From Promethearchaeota archaeon (GTDB lineage: Archaea; Asgardarchaeota; Lokiarchaeia; Sigyniarchaeales; SOKP01): a stretch of DNA of 64,000 bases. A model generated the notes under the pieces. The model was not told where the DNA came from. It saw only the letters and a program-made list of their open reading frames with translations, and did no database searches. Position 1 is the first letter of the stretch. The number at the start of each line of letters is the position of its first letter. The translations under genes and the position numbers were made by a program. Positions 39,235 to 48,770 of this stretch are shown in pieces. The DNA is taken from the NCBI GenBank assembly GCA_016839585.1, contig JAEOTZ010000050.1, forward strand, positions 1-64,000. Reading direction: 5' to 3'.

Positions 39235-39924
39235 TTAATAAAAATCTTCTTTATTTTCTTTTTTTTTAAGTGCTTTCTTTTCTAACATTTTTGAATATAC
39301 CTCCCATTTATCTATTTCACCTGGTTTTTTCTCAGAAATAATAAAAGTACAGCATTCTGCTCCTGTAGGAATTGTTTTTGTGAATTCTATTTGATATTCT
39401 TTATCTAATATATTAGAATCTCTAAATGCGTTTATAATTCCTTGTACTAAGTATCTTTGAACTCTACAATCAAAAGCTGAATACACATCTTGTAGTGGAC
39501 ACCATAAGATATCAAATGAACATTGTTTATCGTTATCTATTCGTGGATCTTCTATAGAGGTCCATGCTTGTGTGTTTATAATTGTTGCTAAAAAACTCAT
39601 CAATTCTATAGGGCTTATTTCTAATGGAATAGTAATATCCTTTATTATTTGTTCTCCTACCATATATCCAGTTTTTATTAGTGCTTCATTTACAGCTTTT
39701 TGACCTTCTATTCCAAATCTAGCTTCATTCTCTTTTAAAATATTAATTACTCCCATGGACATAAACAGCCCAAATTGGAGTAAGGATGTTGGATCAAAAT
39801 CTTTTCGGTTTAAAGCTTTTTCTTTAAATTGATCTAACGCTTCTTTAAAAGGTTCGCCTAATTTAGACCTATTCCAATTTGTTTCTGTACGTTTTCCTCC
39901 TTTTAATATACCTTTTTTTATCAC
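39235..39924 (-). CDS. ATC-hydrolase/V4R-like family protein
   Basis: WCPL..DC..G..FTKTIPTGAECCTF pattern. Confidence 0.6.
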   Translation of the reverse strand: MIKKGILKGGKRTETNWNRSKLGEPFKEALDQFKEKALNRKDFDPTSLLQFGLFMSMGVINILKENEARFGIEGQKAVNEALIKTGYMVGEQIIKDITIPLEISPIELMSFLATIINTQAWTSIEDPRIDNDKQCSFDILWCPLQDVYSAFDCRVQRYLVQGIINAFRDSNILDKEYQIEFTKTIPTGAECCTFIISEKKPGEIDKWEVYSKMLEKKALKKKENKEDFY

Positions 39925-40054
39925 TATTTATCTCTCATAAGTATAAATTTTATCTTTTAATATTCTAAATAATTAACTAACAAAGAAATAATTTAATATT
40001 TAAGTTAAAAATATTTAAAATTTAAAAATAAGTTGAGTAATGAGGTGAATTGAT

Positions 40055-40801
40055 ATCTACATAGTAGTGCTGCTACGACATGGAGAAAGCACTTGGAATA
40101 AAGAAAATAGATTTACTGGATGGACCGATGTGGATCTTTCAGAAAAAGGAATTGAAGAAGCGGAAGAAGCTGCTAGATTATTAAAAGAAGGAGGTTATAC
40201 GTTTGATATAGCCTATACATCTGTACTGAAAAGAGGTATAAGAACTCTATGGATAGTTTTAGATCATATGGATTTAATGTGGATACCTGTCTATCGTTCA
40301 TGGCGATTAAATGAAAGACATTATGGAGCATTACAGGGTTTTTATAAGGCTAAAATGGCAGCAGAAGTAGGTGAAGAGCAAGTACTTATTTGGAGAAGGA
40401 GTTATGATACCCCTCCACCCGCTCTTAAAACGACAGATCCCAGATATCCAGGAAATGATCCGATATATAAAAATTTAGATCCAAAGGATATACCACAAAC
40501 AGAATGCTTAAAAGATACAGTTGAGAGATTCTTGCCTTACTGGCATGATGTAATAGCACCAACTATTAAATCTGGAAAAAGAGTGCTGATATCTGCCCAT
40601 GGAAATAGTTTGCGTGCATTAGTAAAATATTTAGATAATGTATCAGAAGAGGAAATAGTGGGTTTAAATATTCCTACAGGGATTCCCCTTATTTATGAAC
40701 TTGATGATGATTTAAAGCCAATAAAACATTACTACCTTGGAGAAGCTGAGAAAGTGAAAGAAGCAATAGAAGCTGTAGCAGCTGAAGGAAAAGCAAAGTA
40801 A
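40055..40801 (+). CDS. gpmA: 2,3-bisphosphoglycerate-dependent phosphoglycerate mutase (probable ATC start)
   Basis: [39 protein letters not shown]. Confidence 0.95.
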   Translation: MYIVVLLRHGESTWNKENRFTGWTDVDLSEKGIEEAEEAARLLKEGGYTFDIAYTSVLKRGIRTLWIVLDHMDLMWIPVYRSWRLNERHYGALQGFYKAKMAAEVGEEQVLIWRRSYDTPPPALKTTDPRYPGNDPIYKNLDPKDIPQTECLKDTVERFLPYWHDVIAPTIKSGKRVLISAHGNSLRALVKYLDNVSEEEIVGLNIPTGIPLIYELDDDLKPIKHYYLGEAEKVKEAIEAVAAEGKAK

Positions 40802-40840
40802 ATTAATAGAAGATGATTTGAAATAAATTCAAAAGTAGGT

Positions 40841-41376
40841 TTGAATTCTAAAATCCATAGATATTTGGTTCTTATTCTATTTTTATTGTTACTTTTCTTA
40901 TCTTTTAATTACATCTCAATTGTTAATGTTAAAGCACAAAGTTATACAGATATTGATGTATCCACAGCACGGACATGATAAATAATAATGCCCAATTTCC
41001 TGATCTAATTGTTTTGGATGTAAGAGATCAATGGGAATATGATGAGGGTCATTTATGTGGTGCAATTTTGATACCGCTTGGTGAACTTGCAACAAGAATT
41101 AGCGAGCTTGAACCTTATAAGGATACAGAGATTATTGTATATTGCAGAATTGGTGGTAGACGTCAAGTTGGAAGCCAGACGCTTGTAGATCACAATTTTA
41201 CGAAAGTATACAATATGCTTGGAGGTATTACAGCATGGGAAGCTGCTGGTTATGAAACATGCTTAGATGAAAATGGACAAGTTATTAATTTTTCATTTGG
41301 AATATTCTTTTTAATATTGCTTAGTACAGTTTCAGTTCTTTTAGTATTATATAAGAAAAAATTAAATAGAAAATAA
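40841..41376 (+). pseudogene. Secreted/anchored rhodanese, frameshifted near 40972
   Basis: TTG 40841 encodes a signal peptide + SYTDIDVSTA; LDVR..GHL.GA..YCR..GGITAW and a TM-KKK tail continue in another frame from 40975. Confidence 0.7.
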
Positions 41377-41407
41377 AAAAAAAGATTTAAAATATTGATT
41401 AATTTTA

Positions 41408-41713
41408 CTACCAAGTCATTCCCATTAATTTAAAGCTATCTGATACACCTGTTAGTGGTTCAAATAGCAAATTAAAACCTTCAATACTGGTAAATGGCAT
41501 AAAATATTTATATATCTCCAATCCTGCCTCTTCAAGTTTCCCTCTTTCAGTGTAAATTATATGGTATTGCTTAAACCCATCTGTTCCTGCTGGTGTATTG
41601 AAAGCTCGCCATTTTGTTACAAAAGGTATCTCTCTGGGCCGTTTTAGATATATTTTTGCTATATCAGCATTTTTATGCATTGGATACCATACAGTTACCA
41701 TTATAATTCCCAT
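41408..41713 (-). CDS. Small hypothetical protein
   Basis: 101 aa; ATG after GAGGT. Confidence 0.65.
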   Translation of the reverse strand: MGIIMVTVWYPMHKNADIAKIYLKRPREIPFVTKWRAFNTPAGTDGFKQYHIIYTERGKLEEAGLEIYKYFMPFTSIEGFNLLFEPLTGVSDSFKLMGMTW

Positions 41714-41876
41714 AATTAATCAAAACCTCTTTTATTTTTTTATAATTGGATACAAATGTAGGTAAATACTTATCTCAATTTTATTTAAAAGTTATGCATT
41801 TTGTACAAAAATTTTAAAAAAAAATATAAGCATTTGAGCAATTTTATAAAAATACAATAAGAGAAGATATTCTAAT

Positions 41877-42665
41877 ATGGTAAAAAAATCGTTCATTGAT
41901 AATCCTGCTATTTCCAATGTTGTTTTTTATCCTCGAAAAACACCAATTCCACAAAAGTTAGAAGCCAATATTGAAGTTTTACAATTTCAAATTAGTAAAT
42001 ACATAATAATTGGTGGATTTTTCTACTTAAACAATAAAGAATTGCCAACAATTCTACTCTTCCATGGAAATGGAGAGATTGCATTAGAATATCGCTACTT
42101 TTTAGACTTTTTTTTTGAATGTGATGTTAACTTAGCGGTTGTTGATTTTCGCGGCTATGGATTTAGCTCCGGTGAACCAATTTATAGTAGTCTAATAACA
42201 GATGCAATACCAATTTATGATGAATTTTATAAATGGATGCATAATAATAATTTAAACGATTCTCTATTTATCCTAGGTCGTTCACTTGGAAGTATTTGTG
42301 CTTCTGAAATTGGTGCTCATAATCCAGATGGTTTGCGTGGAATTATTTTTGAGAGTGGATTTGCAAGTGCTTATAATATGATGACCCGGTTATTTAGAGT
42401 TAGTAGCCCTGAAATCACTCCAGAATCCTTAAAAGAGTATTCCAATGATACAAGAATAAAGAAATTTAACAAACCCGTTCTAGTAATTCACGGAACAGCA
42501 GATTGGATTATTCCAACTGAAGAAGGAATACTAATATATAAAAATCTCCCTGAGATCGTTGAAAAGAATATAATCTTAATAGAGGGAGCTGGTCATAATA
42601 ATATATTCTCTTTTAAAAATGAGTATATTACTCCCTTGAAGGAATTTATCTCTAAATATAAATAA
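41877..42665 (+). CDS. Alpha/beta hydrolase (ABHD13/17-like)
   Basis: FHGNGE, DFRGYGFS, GRSLG, IHGTAD, GAGHN. Confidence 0.9.
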   Translation: MVKKSFIDNPAISNVVFYPRKTPIPQKLEANIEVLQFQISKYIIIGGFFYLNNKELPTILLFHGNGEIALEYRYFLDFFFECDVNLAVVDFRGYGFSSGEPIYSSLITDAIPIYDEFYKWMHNNNLNDSLFILGRSLGSICASEIGAHNPDGLRGIIFESGFASAYNMMTRLFRVSSPEITPESLKEYSNDTRIKKFNKPVLVIHGTADWIIPTEEGILIYKNLPEIVEKNIILIEGAGHNNIFSFKNEYITPLKEFISKYK

Positions 42666-42790
42666 CCAACTCTTTTTATCTTCGCTTCTAAGAAATCTTT
42701 TTTTCTTCTAAAAATTGGACTAAAGATCATTTTATTACTTTTATTAATATTTGATATTAAGTTAAAAAGTGATCTAAAAAACAGATAATA

Positions 42791-43120
42791 GTGAAAAGTA
42801 TCTTGTCTAAATATGGTTATAATTATTGTACCTATTGTGGTAATAAGCTACCTGATCATAATAAGAACAAAGCGAATTTTTGTTGTTATTGTGGAAAACA
42901 ATTAAGAATTGAAAAGATTATGATATCAAATCAAAGAATTCAATGTACAATCTGCCACAAATATATCAATTATAATGAAACTAAAACCATAACTTGCTCC
43001 TATTGTGGTAGTAAATATCATGATTATTGCATATCATCTTGGTTGATAAAATATAATGCGTGTCCTTTGTGCCAAAATGTATTTTTAAATCCCAATCTTA
43101 TTCAATTAAATAAGGAATAA
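42791..43120 (+). CDS. Double zinc ribbon + C4HC3 RING-finger protein (putative E3)
   Basis: CTYCG..FCCYCG, then CTIC..CSYC..HDYC..W..CPLC. Confidence 0.75.
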   Translation: MKSILSKYGYNYCTYCGNKLPDHNKNKANFCCYCGKQLRIEKIMISNQRIQCTICHKYINYNETKTITCSYCGSKYHDYCISSWLIKYNACPLCQNVFLNPNLIQLNKE

Positions 43121-43143
43121 TAAAAAAAAGATTAGATAAAAAA

Positions 43144-43779
43144 TTATTTTATTTTTAGTATAAAAAATCCATTTTCAACAAACCAAGTTAGGTTTGCGAA
43201 GAGAAATAACCACTCAGCAAGAGTTCGGGGCTCAACAGCAACATCCTCATTTATTCTATTAACTATTAATAAAATCAAATATAAGATAAAGAAAAATGCC
43301 ACTATTATATTAAATATAACTTGCCATTTAGAGAAATCTGATATCTTACGTTCTAAAGCTGCATAACCAAAAAGATATAGGATTCCTGTAAAGAAAAAAA
43401 GTAATTCTGAAATGTAGTGCATTTTATACGCATCTTCTGCATTAAATATTGCTAAGCCTAGAATTCCTACTGCTGAAAGTACACCAAAAATACACATTAA
43501 CCAAGTTCCCAGTTTATAAGCTCCTTTTTCTAGCAGGTATTGAGTAAAACCAAATATAAAGAAGATCATTAATATTCCTGTGATAAACCATAGAGCATTA
43601 AAATATATCCATAAGTCATTCGATGATGGTTCTCCTAAGTTACTGATAAATGTAGACAAAAAGCTAAAATCAGGGTGTACTAAAATGGCAGGTATAAGCC
43701 CAATCATGAATATTATGACTCCTATAATAGCAAAATAACTTGCATGAATTTTTTCATAGATTTTATTTAGTTTTTCCAT
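43144..43779 (-). CDS. DUF998/Frag1-like membrane protein
   Basis: FISNLG, FN, H..S..FF, EW motifs across about 6 TM helices. Confidence 0.65.
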   Translation of the reverse strand: MEKLNKIYEKIHASYFAIIGVIIFMIGLIPAILVHPDFSFLSTFISNLGEPSSNDLWIYFNALWFITGILMIFFIFGFTQYLLEKGAYKLGTWLMCIFGVLSAVGILGLAIFNAEDAYKMHYISELLFFFTGILYLFGYAALERKISDFSKWQVIFNIIVAFFFILYLILLIVNRINEDVAVEPRTLAEWLFLFANLTWFVENGFFILKIK

Positions 43780-43966
43780 CGTTAACAACTTATTTTTATT
43801 TTTAACATATAGTTTTTATTAAAACTATATAGAATTTAGGTCATATTTATAATTATTTCAATTAAATGTTTTTGAAAAACTTCCTGTAGGGAAGTTAATG
43901 AGAAAATTTTACTTTCACCTTTAATTTATAACATTTAAAAATAATATAGAAAAAAAATAATAATTA

Positions 43967-44167
43967 TTAGAATTCGAAAGAGGGAATAGCAAAATCATTC
44001 ATTGCGCTAAGACTTTTTGAGACCAAATCACTATTGTCGGGATTGGTTTTGGAAAATCGTTGTAAGAAAAAGAAACTTAACACGGGGATAAAGGTTCCAA
44101 GATATATGGAAATAGTTAGTAATAAAGAGAATAAAATTGCATTTTTAAAATTAGTTGCCTTTAACAT
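43967..44167 (-). CDS. Possible small single-TM protein
   Basis: 66 aa, ATG start, one hydrophobic helix. Confidence 0.35.
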   Translation of the reverse strand: MLKATNFKNAILFSLLLTISIYLGTFIPVLSFFFLQRFSKTNPDNSDLVSKSLSAMNDFAIPSFEF

Positions 44168-44431
44168 GTTTAGATATAGGAAATTTATATTTAAAAAGTT
44201 AAGTATCTTTAGTCTTTTATTAAATTTTTTGTTGTTCTGCTAACCAAGGAGAAGAAGAAAGTTTTGAGAGATTACGGGCATATATTAAAAAATTGTATAA
44301 AGAGCAACAATAAGAAAAAAGTTGAATAATAAATATTAATTTAAATTTTTTCTTTTAGTAACAATTCAAGAAGTTCATGCCTCAGAATCAAGTTTTTTGC
44401 AGATATGCATTAATTGGTGATGATTTAGAAC

Positions 44432-44692
44432 TTAAACAGAATGTTTAAATTCTTCTAACGCATTTTCAAACTCATAAATTAATATAAGTTTGAATTCTGG
44501 GTCTTTTTTTTCAAAAGGAATAATCTCATTTCCGGTATAAATATCTGAAGGAGTTAATTTTTCAAAAATGGTAGAAAAAGGAATTACTAAAGTTGATATG
44601 TCAATAAACTCTTCAGGAGTATTAACTTGTTTTCTTTTCTCTATATTATTGATTCCTTTACTTATTAATTCTAAACTCAATTTCAATCTCAC
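44432..44692 (-). CDS. Small hypothetical protein, paralog of 47161-47442
   Basis: Shared GNExIPFxxxxPEFxxILxxEFxxAxxEF motif. Confidence 0.6.
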   Translation of the reverse strand: MRLKLSLELISKGINNIEKRKQVNTPEEFIDISTLVIPFSTIFEKLTPSDIYTGNEIIPFEKKDPEFKLILIYEFENALEEFKHSV

Positions 44693-44781
44693 ATTAATTT
44701 ATTTAACCATATTATAATATCAGTCGTATTTAAAAGAAAACTCTCGACAAATTTAGTAATAAAACTAAAATCGAATATTAA

Positions 44782-45066
44782 TTATCTCTTAAGATTTTTT
44801 ATTATCTCCCTCAAATATAATTTCATGAAGAATCTTTCACTTTTACAATAGTCCAGCTTTTGTTTATTAGTTAGATTTGAATTAGTTAATAAAAGAGAAT
44901 GTAGAATTTTTATTATTGCTAAATTCTCATTAGTAATAATTATCGAATCTCTTGTAATAATACAATTAATCTTATCATTTTCATTCTCGATTACAGATGA
45001 CCTTTTAAAATCTGGTTTTTGATGGATTAGATATGATTGTTTTATCTTTCCAACATTTAAACCCAT
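44782..45066 (-). CDS. Small hypothetical protein
   Basis: 94 aa, GAGGTGA before the ATG. Confidence 0.6.
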   Translation of the reverse strand: MGLNVGKIKQSYLIHQKPDFKRSSVIENENDKINCIITRDSIIITNENLAIIKILHSLLLTNSNLTNKQKLDYCKSERFFMKLYLREIIKNLKR

Positions 45067-45076
45067 CTTTCACCTC

Positions 45077-45397
45077 TTAAAATTTCTTTTTCATTAGGAA
45101 TTCTTGCTTCAATATATGTTTATGTTTAGTCGTCGACTTTACTTGTATATCTTTTTCTTTATTTGCAAAAATATCAACAGGAAAAGTATCTTTATACAAA
45201 TTAAGCATTAAAATTATAAGATTTGAGATATTATGATAACATTCTCTTGAATCCTTGTTGTTGAATAAATCAGCTACAAGTTTAGATAACAGTCGAAATT
45301 TTGTTCTTTGAATTCTCCTTTTATTTTGTGATTCCTCTGGTTTTAGAATTGTTTCTAAAAGATTCTCAACCTTCCTTTCTAATAATTGTGAATTCAC
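45077..45397 (-). CDS. Small hypothetical protein
   Basis: 106 aa, 10 nt gap to the next gene; ends ILKQEF. Confidence 0.55.
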   Translation of the reverse strand: MNSQLLERKVENLLETILKPEESQNKRRIQRTKFRLLSKLVADLFNNKDSRECYHNISNLIILMLNLYKDTFPVDIFANKEKDIQVKSTTKHKHILKQEFLMKKKF

Positions 45398-45515
45398 TTT
45401 TCATCCAAGTCAGAATATTAGTTTAAAGGTAATTCTTTACCAAAATATAAAAAGAAAGAGGATTTTTGTTCAAGAAATACTGAATCTAATAGGCGATGTC
45501 ATAACATAGAACTAT

Positions 45516-45713
45516 CTACTTTAAATCTTCTTTTATTTCTCCATTTGGAAGTAAATTATCGGGGTGGGGTATACCTTTTTCTTCCATTTCGTATCTTACA
45601 CATTCAATATTACTAATTAAGCAATATTCTTCAATCCATTTTCTTTCAAGTTTACCACTTTCCACATAATATTTAATTGGACAGCAAAAATACCACTTAC
45701 ATACTTTTGGCAT
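45516..45713 (-). CDS. Small Cys-rich conserved hypothetical protein
   Basis: CKWYFCCP..YC..C.RY..G.PHPDNLLPNG; ATG at 45713. Confidence 0.7.
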   Translation of the reverse strand: MPKVCKWYFCCPIKYYVESGKLERKWIEEYCLISNIECVRYEMEEKGIPHPDNLLPNGEIKEDLK

Positions 45714-45858
45714 GCCTAAATACCTTTTTATATGAAATAAGAAAAAAAATCCTATCAATTCTGATATTTAATAAAAAGAATAATAAGCTTTATGGTTAAT
45801 AATATCAATTTATTAAAAAGAAGATTAATTTTTCAAAACATATCATTAAAAGACTTAA

Positions 45859-46218
45859 TTGAAAATGAAAGCAATTGGATTGGTTTTTTTGTACAATCGG
45901 ATAGAAGGTAATCCAGAAGAAGTTTCTAGAAAATTTAGCAAACACTTCCATCTGGTTAGTGAGAATTTAGTCACGGAAGGTTTAATTGATTTGCCTGAAC
46001 TAAAAAAGATAATAGATTTGAAACAAATTTATTGGGCAGGGATTAAAGAACGATTTTTAGAAATATTAGAAGATGAAAAAGCTATAGGAAAACTAGCATG
46101 GAAAGTTTTTAAAGATTTTTCTGGTAAAGAACCTTTTGATGAAGTTAAATCTTTAGTATATGATAAAAATGAAGTTCCATGGAAATTTATCTTGATGGCT
46201 TGCGTTCTTTATGAATAA
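45859..46218 (+). CDS. Hypothetical protein
   Basis: 119 aa ORF. Confidence 0.6.
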   Translation: MKMKAIGLVFLYNRIEGNPEEVSRKFSKHFHLVSENLVTEGLIDLPELKKIIDLKQIYWAGIKERFLEILEDEKAIGKLAWKVFKDFSGKEPFDEVKSLVYDKNEVPWKFILMACVLYE

Positions 46219-46263
46219 TAAACTTAAATTGTGTAATTAAAAAGATAAGAAAAAAAAAAGGAA

Positions 46264-46986
46264 TTATTTTAATTTATTTCGTTTTCTTACAAGGAGTATG
46301 GAAATACCAATCATTACACAGATCAGTATGAATAAATTATAACTAGGAATCTTGTCTCCTCTTGTAGTGGACAGATCAGGAGCGAAATCCGCGTACTCAC
46401 AATCGAAAGGATACTGCCAAAAATGAGTATATAACAGACATTTCATATTACTCGGAATTTCCTCAACAGCATCAGGAATATAGGCAATTATTGAATGTTG
46501 TGAGACATCACTAAGGATATTTGCTGGGGTTGCTGTACTTGAATTTTCCCAGGCAGTACCATTCCAGACTTCAAAAGCTACATCGGTTCCTCCCAAACTT
46601 TAACATTTCTCTAATGTAACGAAAAGAGAGCCAAAATTTTCAAATTCTAATCTGTAATAAGGGACTCTACATGCATAATTAATCTCACCCCATAGCATAA
46701 ATCCTTCAGAAAAAGTAAGAGTAGTCCAATGACTACTATTCCAATCACCAAGATCACCCACTACAGTAAAGCTTACGTAGTTTCCAGTAATATTAAGTTT
46801 AACAATATCAATTTCATCATGAAAATCCCCAATAACTTTTTCATCAGTACTTTCGCAATATCGATAAACATCGTCTTCAGCATCAATGAATATATAATCA
46901 TAACCATTTACTACTGGTAAGAAAGATATTACTGATAAAAAGACAAGAATACCAAAAACAGCTAAAAGGATATTTTTTTTTGTCAT
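46264..46986 (-). pseudogene. Loki-CTERM-type surface protein interrupted by an in-frame TAA
   Basis: The signal-peptide ORF and the anchor ORF (IPSY-TM-RKRNK) share a frame: TGT TAA AGT TTG at 46605-46594. Confidence 0.75.
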
Positions 46987-47160
46987 TTTCTATCAATATG
47001 TATTTTTTTATTATAATCCTTTATTGGATTAAATAGACATAAGTTAAATGGTTATTTAAAGAATTTGGACTTTTCTTACTAAATATAAATTAACGAGTTC
47101 AAAGTGAAATATTAGTTTTTTTATAGGAAACTTAATTTTCCTATTAAAATCAAAAAATCT

Positions 47161-47442
47161 TTATATCTTTTTATTAAGATTTCTACTGAATTCCTTGATA
47201 GCACTAGAAAATTCATTTCTTAATATCATCCTAAATTCCGGATGTCTCTCTTTGAATGGTATCTTTTCATTTCCGAAATAAACCCAAGAACACTGCTTGC
47301 TTTTAGATAAAGAAGAAAATGAAACTACACAACTAGAAAGAGAAAAATAATGATCTACAGAATTATTATATCTGCTCTTTAATACATCATTGTAAAACTT
47401 TTCTATTCTTCCAGAACTCATTTTCAGCCAACTTTTTACCAT
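47161..47442 (-). CDS. Small hypothetical protein, paralog of 44432-44692
   Basis: YFGNEKIPFKERHPEFRMILRNEF; abuts the upstream stop (TAAATG). Confidence 0.65.
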   Translation of the reverse strand: MVKSWLKMSSGRIEKFYNDVLKSRYNNSVDHYFSLSSCVVSFSSLSKSKQCSWVYFGNEKIPFKERHPEFRMILRNEFSSAIKEFSRNLNKKI

Positions 47443-47892
47443 TTATTCTAATTTAACTACATAATTACCGTCAATTTCAAGATTTAGACCTTTTGCTTCT
47501 AATTCATCTCCATAATCCGTTATAATATCAATTAAAGTATCATAAGGTATCTCCATTTTATCTGCTAATTTTGATATTTCAAATCTTCTCATTCTCTTAA
47601 AAAGGTGAATTAATCTTTCAATCACTTTTTCCTTTTCTTCTTCTATTACTTCTATTTGTAGTTCTCTCCGTATATCTGAAAACTTAATTCCATAAGTATT
47701 CTGAATTATATCAGTATTAGCCCCTATCCATTTTTTCAATATTGTTCGAATGACCTCTGATTTGTTCTGTCCTTCATACCCAACTAAATTACTGATAAGT
47801 AATTCATCAAATTCATCTAGACTAACAGTAATTCTAGGTAATTTAGGTTTTTTACGTTCCTTTTCAGTATTAACATCAGAGTTGGAACTCAT
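47443..47892 (-). CDS. Ribbon-helix-helix protein with C-terminal wHTH-like domain
   Basis: RITVSLD..LI..LV....NKSEVIRTIL; then FEISKLADKMEIP..LEIDGNYV; probable start ATG 47892. Confidence 0.7.
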   Translation of the reverse strand: MSSNSDVNTEKERKKPKLPRITVSLDEFDELLISNLVGYEGQNKSEVIRTILKKWIGANTDIIQNTYGIKFSDIRRELQIEVIEEEKEKVIERLIHLFKRMRRFEISKLADKMEIPYDTLIDIITDYGDELEAKGLNLEIDGNYVVKLE

Positions 47893-47940
47893 CGTTCTAT
47901 GTCGACAAAAATTTGTTCTACTAATTTTCATATGGGAAGA

Positions 47941-48003
47941 TGCATTTATAAATCTTTGCATAATATGATCTGCATCTGCACTGCATCACAAGATTTAAAT
48001 ATG
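47941..48003. promoter_or_regulatory. Back-to-back BRE/TATA promoters with TGCA repeats
   Basis: Minus-strand CAAAGATTTATAAATG and plus-strand CAAGATTTAAATATG flank CTGCATCTGCACTGCAT. Confidence 0.5.
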
Positions 48004-48094
48004 AAAAGGATCATAGTTTTAATATCCAAATAATATTGCTATAACACATCAATATTACCATAAAAAATGAATAAGTATCGAATGTGTGTGTGAA

Positions 48095-48736
48095 ATGTTA
48101 GAACTTTATACACCTAATTATGAAATTCTTAATACAAAAGAAAGGATAACGGTTGATTTATTAAAAGAAAGCCAAGAATTTTTGGAGCAACTCGACATTA
48201 ATTTTGATTTGTTACTAGATACGATTACATTAATATATCGATATTTGAGGAAATGTGAAAAAATCCCTCATAACTTGTTTAAATTCCTAATTTCTGCATA
48301 TTACATAGTCTCAAGACACCCTTTAGCATTTCCTCTTCATGAATCAAAACAAGATTTTTGTGAGAAGTTTGGACTTCAGCCTAGCTCATTAGAATACAGT
48401 GTAGATAAGATCTCAAACAAATTAAACTTGGTAAAAATCTTGGATGACATGAATTATCCATATTTTCTTGATCCAGATTCTGATTTAGGTTTAAAGTTTG
48501 TGAAAAATATTGTTAAAACTACTGTTGAAAAATCTATGATGAAGTTTTTACTATATAATAAACCAATCAATTCACAAATCTTAACTGAACAATTAGTTTC
48601 AAAAATAATTTTTGAGGAGAATATCTTTCCAGAAGAACTCTTTCGACAATTTTACGAGATAACTTTCGAATTTGTAGAAGAAAAATTTCAAGATTATTAT
48701 GATTATGTTGAATTACAGCAAAAATATCTTATTTAA
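48095..48736 (+). CDS. Hypothetical protein with a TFIIB/cyclin-like helical repeat
   Basis: LISAYYIVSR..P...KQDFCEKFGLQPSSLEYSVDKI resembles a TFB core repeat. Confidence 0.5.
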   Translation: MLELYTPNYEILNTKERITVDLLKESQEFLEQLDINFDLLLDTITLIYRYLRKCEKIPHNLFKFLISAYYIVSRHPLAFPLHESKQDFCEKFGLQPSSLEYSVDKISNKLNLVKILDDMNYPYFLDPDSDLGLKFVKNIVKTTVEKSMMKFLLYNKPINSQILTEQLVSKIIFEENIFPEELFRQFYEITFEFVEEKFQDYYDYVELQQKYLI

Positions 48737-48770
48737 TTTTTTTAATTTAAATTTTTTTAATTTCCTTAAA

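Noticed and set aside
43980-44320. Structured ncRNA or plus-strand ORF 44034-44243
   Set aside because: Only weak imperfect stems; the slightly higher GC is explained by the small minus-strand ORF.
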